Below are positions 26,425 to 36,723 of a stretch of 64,000 nucleotides of DNA, in pieces. The number at the start of each line of letters is the position of its first letter. The stretch's first letter is position 1. Source of the DNA: a virus. Lineage: Duplodnaviria > Caudoviricetes. A program made the translations under genes and the position numbers. Location: the IMG/VR virus record IMGVR_UViG_2833692911_000002, positions 2,332 to 66,331 of that record; one strand, written 5' to 3'. The notes under the pieces are model-generated. The model was not told the DNA's origin, ran no database searches, and saw nothing but the letters and a program-made list of their open reading frames with translations.

Positions 26425-26747
26425 TGATGCGAGGCACTGGCAAGACCAGGGCCATGGTAATGGCGCTTCCCACCGATGGCGCATGCGTCGTGGTTCATAA
26501 CGCAGCCATGGTCCGGTACGTCGAGCGAATGATCTGTGACTTGCGGGGAAAGGACATGATGAAGCTCTGCAAGGTGTTGCGCGTAGAGAGCCAAAGAGAT
26601 GCTGTTCGTCTTCATGGTCTTAACATTCGGACGTTCGTCGACCACGCCTTCTGGGATTTGACGCGTGATAAGCACGTAGCGCGGTACGTCAATCTTCTCG
26701 TTGATCGCATCAACATGCAGTTTCCCGATATGAAGGCGGCGGCCTGA
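26424..26747 (+). CDS. Hypothetical protein
   Basis: Coupled ORF; N-terminal RGTGKT. Confidence 0.6.
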   Translation: MMRGTGKTRAMVMALPTDGACVVVHNAAMVRYVERMICDLRGKDMMKLCKVLRVESQRDAVRLHGLNIRTFVDHAFWDLTRDKHVARYVNLLVDRINMQFPDMKAAA

Positions 26748-26873
26748 CCCTCCGGGGGCGCCTCGAAAGTGGCCGACCGACCGGCGCAGGACCGGTGGGG
26801 TAACGCAACGCATGTGCAAACACAGATTTTTGCCTAGCGCGTGCGCAAGCGCGCGTGCGCGAGGGGATTTCGC

Positions 26874-27329
26874 ATGTCAGAGAAGAAGAACCGCGTCGAC
26901 AGCGTTGACGAGGCCATAAGGATCGCTTCGGCGGCGTCTGAGGATGTCCAGTTTCCCGAGAACGTCCCGCTCGACGATGGCGACGTCCCATTTTTCAAGA
27001 ACGTCATTGCCGAATACGCCCGCGCCGATTGGTCGGCGCACCAGCTTGAGATTGCCGCGATGCTTGCCCGCACGATGGCCGACCTTGTGAGGGAGCAGGA
27101 CCTTCTCCGCACGGAGGGTTCGGTCGCCGTTACCGAAAAAGGCACGCCGGTCGCCAATCCACGCAAGTCGGTCGTCCAGATGCACGCGTCCTCGATCCTT
27201 TCGTTCCGCCGGTCGCTGGCGCTGCATGCACGCGCCGTACAGGGCGAGGCGAGGGACGCAGCCAAGCGGCGCGACCAGGCCAAGGAGATTGAGGCGGGCG
27301 TCAGATCAGACAGCGATTTGCTTGCGTAG
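26874..27329 (+). CDS. terS: Terminase small subunit
   Basis: EGSVAVTEKGTPVANP (P27-like); position before terL. Confidence 0.8.
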   Translation: MSEKKNRVDSVDEAIRIASAASEDVQFPENVPLDDGDVPFFKNVIAEYARADWSAHQLEIAAMLARTMADLVREQDLLRTEGSVAVTEKGTPVANPRKSVVQMHASSILSFRRSLALHARAVQGEARDAAKRRDQAKEIEAGVRSDSDLLA

Positions 27330-27338
27330 GAGTTTCGT

Positions 27339-27962
27339 TTGCCGAAAGGTGTGGATAGCAAAACTGGCAACGGCACTCGGTTCAAAGACCGATCCGGGAC
27401 TAAAAACGGCCGCTTAACATTCACGCGATGCGTAGGCGAAACGGTTCACCGTCACAAAATATGGGAAGCTGTTTGCGACTGTGGAAACACAACCACCACC
27501 TCCTCTCCACACCTGACCAAGTCGTGCGGGTGCCTGCAAAAAGAAGTTGCCGCTGAGATATTGCGTTCGCGATCTCTCCCAGAGGATGAGCGGTTCGCGA
27601 GGGTGCTGAAGAACAGAACGAGACAGCGACAGCGACGAAAATTAGACCCCAGATCTGCTATGCAGGCCCGTTTGAGCAGATTGCACCGCCACGCCCTCTC
27701 TAGGGTTGGGGCGATCAAGACCTCCAAGACGTTCGAACAACTCGGATACACTGTCGATGAATTTGTTCGTCATGTCGAGCGCCAATTTCACTCGGGTATG
27801 GGATGGCACAACATGAGTGAATGGCAGGTTGATCACATCCTCCCTGCAAGCTCGGCCCGAAACTTGGAGGACGTCATCGCGCTCAACCAGCTTTCGAACC
27901 TGCGCCCAATGTGGGCCGAGGAAAACAACAAAAAGAAGAACAGCAGGACAAGCCTCCTTTGA
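27339..27962 (+). CDS. HNH homing endonuclease inserted between terS and terL
   Basis: WEAVCDCGN...TKSCGC; WQVDHILP...NLRPMWAEENNKK. Confidence 0.8.
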   Translation: MPKGVDSKTGNGTRFKDRSGTKNGRLTFTRCVGETVHRHKIWEAVCDCGNTTTTSSPHLTKSCGCLQKEVAAEILRSRSLPEDERFARVLKNRTRQRQRRKLDPRSAMQARLSRLHRHALSRVGAIKTSKTFEQLGYTVDEFVRHVERQFHSGMGWHNMSEWQVDHILPASSARNLEDVIALNQLSNLRPMWAEENNKKKNSRTSLL

Positions 27963-27988
27963 ATGGCGCGCTTGCCCTTTGAGGGCGG

Positions 27989-29653
27989 ATGATGAACGGC
28001 CAAAATCTGAGTTGGCCGCCAAGTGTTTTGGAGGCGATTAAGAGCGGTCCCATCCCAGTAAGGCGGGACTGGCGCAGACTTCCGGTCGGCGAGCTTACGC
28101 GAGGCGAGAAGGTATGCCGATTTATCGAGGGCTTTTTGGTTGTCCCAGAGGGGGATCTTGTCGGCCAACCTATCAGGCTTCTTGACTTTCAAGAGTGCTT
28201 TATCCTGGCGGTTTACGACAACCCTCATGGAACGGGCAGGGCGTACCTGTCGATTGCACGCAAGAATTCGAAGACGGCAACAATAGCATGTCTTCTGTTG
28301 GCTCATATCGTGGGGCCTGAGGCGTTTCCAAACAGCCGCATGATGTCGGGCGCTCGGTCGCGCAAACAAGCGGCAGAGGTCTACAATTACGCCAGCAAGA
28401 TGCTTCTGCTGTCTCCTGAGCTCAACAAAAAATACAGACTTGTGCCGTCCAGCAAGACAATTGTTGGCCTGAGTAAAGCGGTAGAATACCAGGCCAGCTC
28501 GGCGGAAGCCAAGAGCGCGCACGGTGGTTCGCCACTGGTCGCCATCCTCGATGAGGTTGGCCAGATCAAGGGCCCGCACGACGACTTCGTCGAAGCAATC
28601 GTGACGTCGCAAGGCGCCTACGGCGACAAGGCGATGATCTTCGCTATCTCGACGCAGGCAGCGACTGACGGCGACCTCTTTTCGCGATGGCTGGACGATG
28701 CCGAGACATCAAAAGCGCCACGAACGGTTTCGCACCTTTACACGGCTCCGGCTGATTGCGACGTCCTCGACGAGGAAGCGTGGCAGGCAGCGAACCCTGC
28801 GCTTGGCAAGTTCAAGTCAGTTTCATCTGTGAGAGACGACGCAGAGCGCGCGGCACGTATGCCGACTGAGGAGGCCAGCTTTCGTTGGCTGCATCTCAAC
28901 CAAAGGATCGATGCCAATGCTCCGTTTGTGTCGCCGGCTATTTGGCGAGCGTGCAACGCTCGAGTTGTGGACTTTGATGGTCTCCCTGTCTTTGGTGGGC
29001 TCGACCTTTCTGAGGTGAGCGACCTGACTGCTCTGGTGCTGATGGCGCCGAAAGAGCAGGGCGGAAAGACCACCTGGCACGTGAAGCCAACCTTCTGGCT
29101 CCCCGGCGAAGGGATTCGCGCGAAGGCAAAGGCTGACCGCGTGCCGTACGATGTCTGGCATAAGGATGGCCACCTCGAAGCCGCCCCAGGTAGAACCGTC
29201 GACTACGAGTTCGTTGCGTATTACCTGCGCGACCGGTTCGAAGAAATGGATATCCGCAAGATTGCGTTCGACCGCTGGAATTTCAGGCACCTCAAGCCAT
29301 GGCTACAGAAGGCTGGCTTTACTGACGATCAGCTTGAAGGCGACGACGCTGTTTTCCAGCCTTTTGGGCAGGGATTCCAGTCGATGTCTCCGGCTCTCCG
29401 TGAGCTAGAAAGCATCATCCTGAACGGCAACCTCGCCCACGGCGATCATCCGGTGCTGACGATGTGCATGATGAATGCCACCGTCAAGCCAGATCCAGCC
29501 GGCAATCGAAAACTCGTCAAACATAACCGCGAGCGCCGCATCGACGGCGCAGTCGCCTTGGCAATGGCAACGGCGATGGCCGGAACCTACGAGGGCGTCG
29601 ATAGCGGCAACTTGGACGACTTCGTCAACAACATCATCTCTGTCACCTGGTGA
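27989..29653 (+). CDS. terL: Terminase large subunit
   Basis: IARKNSKT, ILDEVG, GGLDLS, RIDGAVA. Confidence 0.95.
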   Translation: MMNGQNLSWPPSVLEAIKSGPIPVRRDWRRLPVGELTRGEKVCRFIEGFLVVPEGDLVGQPIRLLDFQECFILAVYDNPHGTGRAYLSIARKNSKTATIACLLLAHIVGPEAFPNSRMMSGARSRKQAAEVYNYASKMLLLSPELNKKYRLVPSSKTIVGLSKAVEYQASSAEAKSAHGGSPLVAILDEVGQIKGPHDDFVEAIVTSQGAYGDKAMIFAISTQAATDGDLFSRWLDDAETSKAPRTVSHLYTAPADCDVLDEEAWQAANPALGKFKSVSSVRDDAERAARMPTEEASFRWLHLNQRIDANAPFVSPAIWRACNARVVDFDGLPVFGGLDLSEVSDLTALVLMAPKEQGGKTTWHVKPTFWLPGEGIRAKAKADRVPYDVWHKDGHLEAAPGRTVDYEFVAYYLRDRFEEMDIRKIAFDRWNFRHLKPWLQKAGFTDDQLEGDDAVFQPFGQGFQSMSPALRELESIILNGNLAHGDHPVLTMCMMNATVKPDPAGNRKLVKHNRERRIDGAVALAMATAMAGTYEGVDSGNLDDFVNNIISVTW

Positions 29654-29677
29654 CGGGCAACCTAGTGGTGAGGCCTG

Positions 29678-30907
29678 ATGGGCTTTTTTGAGAGATGGGT
29701 CGGAAGGCCTATCAAGCTCACCGACGGCGAGTTCTGGCGGGGCTTCTTTGGCCTCGGCACCACGTCCGGGGAGACAGTCACGATTGAGAGCGCCCTGTCG
29801 CTTGATGCGGTTTGGGCATGCGTCAACCTCGTGCAAAACGCGGCCGGCACGCTTCCGTGCATCGTTTACGGCGAGGACGGCGTGACGGTCGATAAGAACG
29901 CTCCTCTTTACGAACTTCTGCACGATATGCCGAACATGGACGACACGGCGCCAGAATTCTGGTCGATGGCGGCGATGTGCTTGCTGCTAGACGGCAACTT
30001 CTTCGCGGAAAAGAAGATGAACGGCGAGCGCCTCGTGGCGCTCAATCCCCTTCACCCTCTGAGCGTTGATGTGTGCCGGTCGAAAGACGGCCGGAACACG
30101 CGTTACTACGAGGTGACGGAAGACGGCAAAAAGCGCCGAGTGCCCGAAGGCAAGATGTTTCACGTCCGCGGCGTCCGGCTGCCGGGCTGCGATCGTGGCA
30201 TGTCGCCGATTGCTGTTGTGCGCAATACCGTCGGTAGTGCATTGGCAGGCGAAAAAGTCGCCGGCCGGATGTTCAAGAACGGCCTGCTTTCTTCGCTCAT
30301 AGTCAGCTCGGATCAGATCCTGAAGCCTGAGCAGCGCAAGCAGATCTCCGACACGCTGACGCAGTTCGCCGGCGCCGAGAAGGCTGGCGGGGTGACGGTG
30401 TTGGAGGCTGGCTTTAAGCCGTACCCAATGTCGATCAACCCGAAGGACGCTCAGTTCCTTGAGGCGAGGCAGTACAGTGTAGAGCAAATTTGCCGCATCT
30501 TCGGCGTGCCGCCCGTTATGATCGGGCACGCCGCCAACGGTACCACGACCTGGGGCAGCGGCATCGAGCAGCTGATCCTCCAATTCACCAAGACCTGCAT
30601 GCGGCCGATGCTGAAGCGCATCGAGGCGGCAATCTATCGTGACCTGCTGGACGCAAAGACCAGAAAGACCACGAAGGTGAAATTCAACATGGAAGAACTC
30701 TTGCGCGGCGATAGCACGGCGCGGGCAGAATTCCTGTCGAAGATGGTCACGAACGGCATCTACCTCGTCGATGAGGCTCGATCTTACGAAGACAAGGCGC
30801 CAGTGGACGGCGGCAACAAGGCCATCGTTAATGGCACGATGACGCGCCTCGATACGCTCGGCAAGACCGAAACACCGGCGCCAACGCCAGCAGCGCGCGC
30901 TGCATAA
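29678..30907 (+). CDS. HK97-family portal protein
   Basis: AVWACV, GNFFA, ICRIFGVPP, LLRGD. Confidence 0.95.
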   Translation: MGFFERWVGRPIKLTDGEFWRGFFGLGTTSGETVTIESALSLDAVWACVNLVQNAAGTLPCIVYGEDGVTVDKNAPLYELLHDMPNMDDTAPEFWSMAAMCLLLDGNFFAEKKMNGERLVALNPLHPLSVDVCRSKDGRNTRYYEVTEDGKKRRVPEGKMFHVRGVRLPGCDRGMSPIAVVRNTVGSALAGEKVAGRMFKNGLLSSLIVSSDQILKPEQRKQISDTLTQFAGAEKAGGVTVLEAGFKPYPMSINPKDAQFLEARQYSVEQICRIFGVPPVMIGHAANGTTTWGSGIEQLILQFTKTCMRPMLKRIEAAIYRDLLDAKTRKTTKVKFNMEELLRGDSTARAEFLSKMVTNGIYLVDEARSYEDKAPVDGGNKAIVNGTMTRLDTLGKTETPAPTPAARAA

Positions 30908-30916
30908 GGGAAAATC

Positions 30917-32035
30917 ATGAAGTTTGAACACCTGATTTCGGCCTTTTTGGCCGAACCTTGGGCTATTCAGCGCGAAAAACTGGGCGTTTTGGCTGATGTT
31001 TTGGTGGCGCGGGCCGAAGGGGAGAAGCTGTTTTCGTCCGAGTTCGCGGCATCGATCGACGATGCGCGCGCCAAGGAAATTGCTGAAACCAGCGGCAGCG
31101 TCGCCGTAATCCCGGTTTATGGGGTTCTGGCCGATAAAATGGACCTGTTTTCCGCGATGAGCGGCGGCACTTCATACGCTGGGATCAAGAGAGCGCTGCA
31201 CAAGGCGCTTTCGAACGAAGATATCAAGGCTGTCGTGCTCGACATCGACAGCCCCGGCGGCACGGTGCCAGGTACAGACGAGCTTGCGACCGAAATTCGC
31301 AAGCTGCGCGGCGGCGAAAAGCCAATCATCGCACAGGTCAACAGCCTTGCGGCAAGCGCTGCTTACTGGATTGCGGCATCGACCGACGAAATAGTTGTGA
31401 CGCCCTCCGGACGTGCCGGTTCAATCGGCGTTTACACGGCGCACGATGACATGTCTGCTGCCCTTGAGCAGCGAGGCATCAAGCGAACGTACATTTCAGC
31501 CGGCAAGCACAAGGTCGAAGGCAACGAGACCGAGCCGCTTGGCAAGGACACGCTTGCGCATGTGCAGGACGGTGTGAACCGGTCCTACAATCGCTTCGTC
31601 GCGTCCGTTGCCGAGGGGCGCGGCGTGACCGTCAGCAAGGTTGAGGACAACTACGGTCAGGGCCGCGTTTTCTACGCAGAAGCTCTAATGGACCGCGGCA
31701 TGGTCGACCGCATCGCGACGCTTGACGAGACTCTGGCACGCTACGGCGCGGACGTTGAACCTGCGCCTGTGAGACGTATCAAAGCCGCCAACGCTGCGAA
31801 GGCTGATGCAGCGCAGACGCTGGTCGAGAAGATGTCTGCCGGCGAGCAAATCACAAAACGCGAGTTCGAAAACGGCATCAGGGGACTGATGGGGTTGTCG
31901 GGCTCTGAGGCAGAGCGGGCCGCTCGGCTCTACCTCAAAGATGGTCAGGGGGCTCCTGACGTCGAGACGGATGCTGCTGCTTTGGCAGCCATTGACCGGC
32001 TTATCGCCGAAGCAAAATCACCACTCATTCGATAA
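30917..32035 (+). CDS. S49 (SppA/ClpP-like) head maturation protease
   Basis: LDIDSPGG, AASAAYWIA, GSIGV. Confidence 0.9.
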   Translation: MKFEHLISAFLAEPWAIQREKLGVLADVLVARAEGEKLFSSEFAASIDDARAKEIAETSGSVAVIPVYGVLADKMDLFSAMSGGTSYAGIKRALHKALSNEDIKAVVLDIDSPGGTVPGTDELATEIRKLRGGEKPIIAQVNSLAASAAYWIAASTDEIVVTPSGRAGSIGVYTAHDDMSAALEQRGIKRTYISAGKHKVEGNETEPLGKDTLAHVQDGVNRSYNRFVASVAEGRGVTVSKVEDNYGQGRVFYAEALMDRGMVDRIATLDETLARYGADVEPAPVRRIKAANAAKADAAQTLVEKMSAGEQITKREFENGIRGLMGLSGSEAERAARLYLKDGQGAPDVETDAAALAAIDRLIAEAKSPLIR

Positions 32036-32047
32036 AAGGAGCCACTC

Positions 32048-33256
32048 ATGGCTGATAATCAACTTGCCGATAAGATCGGCGAGCTCGGTACTTCGCTTGC
32101 GTCCATCAAGGAGCAGGTGGGCAATCTTGCAACCGACTTCACTTCGAAGCTTGCTGCAAACGGCGAAGTTTCCGCTGAGCTGAAGGAAAAGACCGACAAG
32201 GCGCTCTCCGAGTTCGGCGACGTTACGACCCGCCTCGGCGACCTTGAGAAGCGAGCCGCTCGCGAAAACGAAATCGGCGAAAATGAGCAGAAGTCGCTTG
32301 GCGATCTCGTCATCGACTCTGCCGAGTTCAAGGCTGGCATGCTCACCGGTGCATCTCGCGGCTCAATCCGCGTGAAGGCTGATCGCGCTGCCATTACCTC
32401 TGCCAACACCACTGTCGGCGCTGGCCGCTCTCAGGGCACCTCTCTGGTTCCCGGCGCGCGCGTGCCCGGCATCTTTGGTCTGCCTGAGCGCCAGCTGACG
32501 ATCCGCGACCTCGTTCTGCCTGGTCAGACTGCTTCGAGCTCGATCGAGTACGTCAAGGAAACGGGATATACGAACAACGCTGCACCAGTCGCTGAAACGA
32601 CTGCGAAGCCTTATTCGGATCTGACGTTCGACATGACGTCCGCGCCGGTTCGCACCATCGCCCACCTGTTCAAGGCCTCCCGCCAGATCCTGGATGACGC
32701 GCCCGCGCTTCGCTCCTACATCGACGGACGCGCTCGCTACGGTCTGCGCTTTGCCGAAGAAAATCAGCTGCTGAACGGCTCTGGCACCGGCCAGAACATT
32801 CACGGTCTGGTTCCGCAGGCTACCGCGTTCAACCCGGCATTCGCCGCAGCAGACGAAACGGGAATCGACCGTCTCCGTCTCGCTGTTCTGCAGGTCGTTC
32901 TCGCCGAGTATCCGGCAACCGCGTTCGTGCTGAACCCCATCGACTGGGCGAAGATCGAACTGACCAAGGATGCTGGCGGCAACTACATCATCGGCAATCC
33001 GCAGGGCTCGCTCACTCCGACGCTCTGGAACCTGCCGGTTGTTTCGACGCAGGCCATGGCCGCAGGCGAGTTCCTCACCGGCGCGTTCAGCTTCGCAGCC
33101 CAGATCTTCGACCGCATGGAAATCGAGGTTCTGCTGTCCAGCGAGAACGTCGACGACTTCGAGAAGAATATGTTCACCATCCGCGCCGAAGAGCGCCTGG
33201 CGTTCGCAGTCTATCGCCCTGAGTCCTTTGTGACTGGCGATGTCGAAGGCGCCTGA
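32048..33256 (+). CDS. HK97-family major capsid protein
   Basis: N-terminal coiled-coil delta domain; ASRQILDD, EENQLLNGSG, IRAEERL. Confidence 0.95.
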   Translation: MADNQLADKIGELGTSLASIKEQVGNLATDFTSKLAANGEVSAELKEKTDKALSEFGDVTTRLGDLEKRAARENEIGENEQKSLGDLVIDSAEFKAGMLTGASRGSIRVKADRAAITSANTTVGAGRSQGTSLVPGARVPGIFGLPERQLTIRDLVLPGQTASSSIEYVKETGYTNNAAPVAETTAKPYSDLTFDMTSAPVRTIAHLFKASRQILDDAPALRSYIDGRARYGLRFAEENQLLNGSGTGQNIHGLVPQATAFNPAFAAADETGIDRLRLAVLQVVLAEYPATAFVLNPIDWAKIELTKDAGGNYIIGNPQGSLTPTLWNLPVVSTQAMAAGEFLTGAFSFAAQIFDRMEIEVLLSSENVDDFEKNMFTIRAEERLAFAVYRPESFVTGDVEGA

Positions 33257-33263
33257 TTGACCT

Positions 33264-33290
33264 AAGGGGAGCTTCGGCTCCCCTTCCTTA
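33264..33290 (+). terminator. Terminator-like hairpin after capsid gene
   Basis: AAGGGGAGC-TTCG-GCTCCCCTT. Confidence 0.7.
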
Positions 33291-33296
33291 AAAGGG

Positions 33297-33563
33297 ATGA
33301 GCATGACCGATTTTCTGGAAGTGAAGGCCAAGCGCACGTTCGCCGTTGGCAAAGAACTGAAGACCAAAAAGAGCGATCCGTTCAAGGTCGAGGCAGGCGA
33401 GGCGAAGCAGCTCGAGGCGCAGGGTCTTGTCGACATCGTGGGCGAGGCAAAGGCCGCCATTGAAGGCGACGCCGCGGATGAAGCCGACGACAAGCCGGTG
33501 ATCTCCTCCGCTCGCTCGACGAAGAAGAAGGACAAACCCGATGCTGTCAACGAAGGTTCGTAA
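33297..33563 (+). CDS. Hypothetical head-region protein
   Basis: Position after capsid gene. Confidence 0.7.
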   Translation: MSMTDFLEVKAKRTFAVGKELKTKKSDPFKVEAGEAKQLEAQGLVDIVGEAKAAIEGDAADEADDKPVISSARSTKKKDKPDAVNEGS

Positions 33564-33882
33564 GCGCAGGGTCGCGTCCTACATCGGCGCCGGTATCGTC
33601 AACGGTATCGGCTCACCGGTGAATTCGGTTGCACCTGCCATCACAGGCACGGCGCAGGTCGGCCAGACGCTGACATCGACCACGGGCACATGGTCCGGCT
33701 CGCCGACTTACGCGCGGCAGTGGTTTGCTGCTGGCGTCGCGATTTCTGGCGCTACGGCCGCGACTTACGTTCCAGTTGTGGGCGACGTTGGAAAGGCCAT
33801 CACGGTCCGCGTCACGGCCACGAATGACAAGGGCAGCGTGCCAGTCACAAGCGCACCGACGGCCGCAGTAGTGGCAGCCTGA
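33541..33882 (+). CDS. Ig-like virion decoration protein
   Basis: PAITGTAQVGQTLT...YARQW...DVGKAITVRVTATN. Confidence 0.75.
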   Translation: MLSTKVRKRRVASYIGAGIVNGIGSPVNSVAPAITGTAQVGQTLTSTTGTWSGSPTYARQWFAAGVAISGATAATYVPVVGDVGKAITVRVTATNDKGSVPVTSAPTAAVVAA

Positions 33883-33883
33883 T

Positions 33884-34231
33884 ATGCCGATCGTCGATCT
33901 CGAAACCGTAAAGAAGCATCTCCGTGTCTTTCATGAAGATGAAGATACGGAGATCGGCCTCTATCGCGACGCCGCCGAAAGCATCGTGGCGCAGCATCTT
34001 GATCGTGAAGTCGTAGCTGCCGGTGAAACGCCTACGGCTGCTGATGGGATTGAGGCAACGCCCGCAATCGTGTCGGCGATCCTTCTCGTTACCGGCGATC
34101 TCTACGAGGTGCGCGAGCCGGACCCAAAAGCAACGGGCGACGCAGTGCTCCCGCGTGCAGTGCGGATGCTTTTGGCGCCGTGGCGTGTCTGGCGAACAGT
34201 GGCAGACGACTATGTGGCTCCGCTTCCATAA
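33884..34231 (+). CDS. Head-tail connector (gp6-like)
   Basis: LETVKKHLRV...AILLVTGDLYEVRE. Confidence 0.88.
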   Translation: MPIVDLETVKKHLRVFHEDEDTEIGLYRDAAESIVAQHLDREVVAAGETPTAADGIEATPAIVSAILLVTGDLYEVREPDPKATGDAVLPRAVRMLLAPWRVWRTVADDYVAPLP

Positions 34232-34397
34232 AGCCTTCGACTGGCGTCAGCCAGGTTTCACGATCGCCTATCCAGTCGGTCTCTACAACGTCACGCGCAA
34301 GTGCGCCGCGGCTGCGATAGCGGCTAAGGCTGCCGAACCCACCAAGGATCGACCGAATGCCAAAACGCAAAAGGGCGGGCGCAGGCTCGCTGAGTGA
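34212..34397 (+). CDS. Small hypothetical virion-region protein
   Basis: MWLRFHKAFDW... fills the gap between connector and closure genes. Confidence 0.55.
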   Translation: MWLRFHKAFDWRQPGFTIAYPVGLYNVTRKCAAAAIAAKAAEPTKDRPNAKTQKGGRRLAE

Positions 34398-34713
34398 GCG
34401 CATCGGCTTTGAGGCCGAGGTTGAAGGCGATGATGGGTATGGTGGTGTAGTGGTCGGCTTCGCGGAGCAATTCGTTGAGCCAGCCCGCCTTGAACCGCGC
34501 GTCGGTAGCGAGACGGTAATCGCCAGCCGCCTGCAAGGCTTGCAACCGTACACCATGACTGTCCGCAGCAACGAACGCACGCGCACTATTACGCCGGCTT
34601 GGCAGGCGCGGAACAAGCGCACCGGCGTGGTCTACGCGATCAAGGCTGCGGTCAATATCGACGAACGCAACCAGTGGATCGAGCTGCTTGTGGTGCAAGG
34701 GGAGGCGGGGTGA
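34357..34713 (+). CDS. Head closure / head-tail adaptor
   Basis: AGSLSERIGF...DDGYGG; synteny. Confidence 0.8.
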   Translation: MPKRKRAGAGSLSERIGFEAEVEGDDGYGGVVVGFAEQFVEPARLEPRVGSETVIASRLQGLQPYTMTVRSNERTRTITPAWQARNKRTGVVYAIKAAVNIDERNQWIELLVVQGEAG

Positions 34714-35204
34714 TCAAGGCAAAGGTTCTGGGCCGCGAAGCGCTGACGAAAAAGCTTAATCAGGTCGCTCCGCTCGCCAACAAGTACGCCGCCGAAGCGA
34801 AGCTACAGATCGCTACCGAAGCCGCCGATAAGATCTCCGACCGAGCGCCGATAAGCAACAGCGCAACGGCTGGCGACTACGCTGCCTCTATACAGGGCGC
34901 CAAGATTTCTGACAGACCGACTGCGAAAGCGCTTGTCGGTGCATCGGCCAGCAAGGATCCGGATGCGACTGGCGTTTTCGCTGCGTGGATTTGGCATTTT
35001 TTGGAGTTCGGCACACGGCCGCATAACGTTGCGAAGGGTGGCGGTACGGTTGCCGGCAAGAAGCAGGCGGCCGGCGCAAAGATGCACCCTGGCACGCGGG
35101 CGCAACCGCATATTTTTCCGACGTGGCGAGCATTTAGGGCAAAAGCGAAGAAGCGCATCAACGACGCCGTCTGGCGTGGCGTAAGGGAGGCCATGAAAAA
35201 GTAA
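34710..35204 (+). CDS. HK97 gp10-like tail component
   Basis: WHFLEFGT...AQPHIFP. Confidence 0.85.
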   Translation: MIKAKVLGREALTKKLNQVAPLANKYAAEAKLQIATEAADKISDRAPISNSATAGDYAASIQGAKISDRPTAKALVGASASKDPDATGVFAAWIWHFLEFGTRPHNVAKGGGTVAGKKQAAGAKMHPGTRAQPHIFPTWRAFRAKAKKRINDAVWRGVREAMKK

Positions 35205-35614
35205 TGGCTAACCCAGATCTAGAACTCCAAGGTGCCATCGTTGCGAGGATGAAGGCGCGAGCAGGTCTGACGGCGAAGGTGGCGCAAAGAATTTATGACA
35301 GACCGCCGACCAACGCACCGTTCCCATACGTCGAATACGGCGAAAGCCAAGTCATCAGGGATGATGTCGACTGCCTGAAGGCGAACCTCATCTACGTGAC
35401 GATTCACGTTTGGTCGCAATACTCCGGAGGCTTTAAGGAGCTGAAGGAAATCATTCACGAGGTCGTCGAGGCTCTGGATGAAGCGCCATTAGTACTGCCC
35501 TCACATAGATTGATATCGATCACGCGCCAAGACACCCGTCATTTCAAAGACCCGGACGAAGTTACGACCCACGGTGTCGTCAAGTTTGTCGCGCGCGTCG
35601 AGACACCGGCCTGA
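35204..35614 (+). CDS. DUF3168 tail terminator
   Basis: RIYDRPP...FPYV...IHVWS...THGV. Confidence 0.85.
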   Translation: MANPDLELQGAIVARMKARAGLTAKVAQRIYDRPPTNAPFPYVEYGESQVIRDDVDCLKANLIYVTIHVWSQYSGGFKELKEIIHEVVEALDEAPLVLPSHRLISITRQDTRHFKDPDEVTTHGVVKFVARVETPA

Positions 35615-35648
35615 TTGGCCACCAACCCCTAGTTTTTGAGGTTTACAA

Positions 35649-36080
35649 ATGGCCGACGGTCAACAGATTGGTCGTACGCTGCTCATCCAGATCGGTGACG
35701 GCGAAACTCCTGAAGTGTTTTCTAATTTGTGCGGCCTGACGACCCGCAGCTTCAATATGTCCGCAAACGAGGTCGACACGACCATCACGGACTGCGTCAA
35801 TCCAGAGAATACGCCGCAGAAAACAGCAGAGCCGGGCATCAAGAACCGCACGTTCTCTGGTTCTGGCAAGTTCGTTAAGAGCGCCTCGAACACCGCGTTC
35901 ATGACGCACGTCAACGACGCGACCAAATTCAATGCCAAGGTGATCGTTCCTGGTCTGGGTACTTACACCGGCCCTTGGTTCGTTTCTGAATTCGAGTTCA
36001 GCGGCGAGATGGAGGGCAACATGGAATTCACGGCCACGTTCGTTGCTGCCGGAGTTCTGACGTTCGTTGCGGAGGTGTAA
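35649..36080 (+). CDS. Major tail tube protein
   Basis: GTA/TP901-like tube sequence; synteny. Confidence 0.85.
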   Translation: MADGQQIGRTLLIQIGDGETPEVFSNLCGLTTRSFNMSANEVDTTITDCVNPENTPQKTAEPGIKNRTFSGSGKFVKSASNTAFMTHVNDATKFNAKVIVPGLGTYTGPWFVSEFEFSGEMEGNMEFTATFVAAGVLTFVAEV

Positions 36081-36081
36081 T

Positions 36082-36441
36082 TTGGCTGATGCTGAAAAGC
36101 CGTTCCCGCTTGAAGTGAATGGCGCGCGGGGCGAAGTCGGCCTGTTCGTTGGCAAGGTGCCGCTGGTTATCGTTGCCGAGATGGGCGGTCTTGCCGCTGT
36201 GTCTTCGCGTCTTTCCTGCAAGAGCATGTCTGATCTGTTTCTTCGCCTTTCAGGCGTCGAGCCGGCCGCTGCTGTGGCCGCACTCGACCTGCTTACCGTG
36301 CGCGGCGATAAAGTAGCTGCTATTGGAGCGCTGAAGCTCAAGCACTTCGGCGCCGTCGCCAAGGCGATCTCTGAGGCGTTGTCTCATCATTTCGATGAGG
36401 ACGACGAGGGAAACGGGGAAGCCGCTCAAAAGGCGGCATAG
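36082..36441 (+). CDS. Tail assembly chaperone (G)
   Basis: TTG start after GGAGG; between tube and tape measure genes. Confidence 0.75.
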   Translation: MADAEKPFPLEVNGARGEVGLFVGKVPLVIVAEMGGLAAVSSRLSCKSMSDLFLRLSGVEPAAAVAALDLLTVRGDKVAAIGALKLKHFGAVAKAISEALSHHFDEDDEGNGEAAQKAA

Positions 36442-36641
36442 AAGAACCTTTCCCTTGGCGCGATTGGCAAAAGATCGCATTCGGCGGCCTCGGCTGGACC
36501 CCAGGAATATTCTGGGCGTCTAGCTTGACCGAGTTCACCCTTGCGGTGAAGGGCAAGGCCGAAGCGAACGGAGCCAAAAAGTCCGTGGCCCCACCATCTG
36601 ACGAAGAGATGGATGAGTTGATCAAGAAGTATGGTGGTTAG
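36408..36641 (+). CDS. Tail assembly chaperone GT extension via -1 frameshift
   Basis: Slippery G GGA AAC at 36408-36414; -1 frame open to TAG at 36641 (PFPWRDW...LGWTPGIFW). Confidence 0.8.
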   Translation, partial: GKRGSRSKGGIEEPFPWRDWQKIAFGGLGWTPGIFWASSLTEFTLAVKGKAEANGAKKSVAPPSDEEMDELIKKYGG

Positions 36642-36723
36642 GCTGGCTTCAGCTTGACCGCTGTACCCGTGGCGGCGACGAACTCTCTTCGAAGGCGTCT
36701 GGAAACTTGCTTTCAAAAGCAAG

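Noticed and set aside
26750-26870. cos site between HNH region and terS
   Set aside because: Position is plausible and GCGCGTGCGC is repeated, but the cut site cannot be identified from sequence alone
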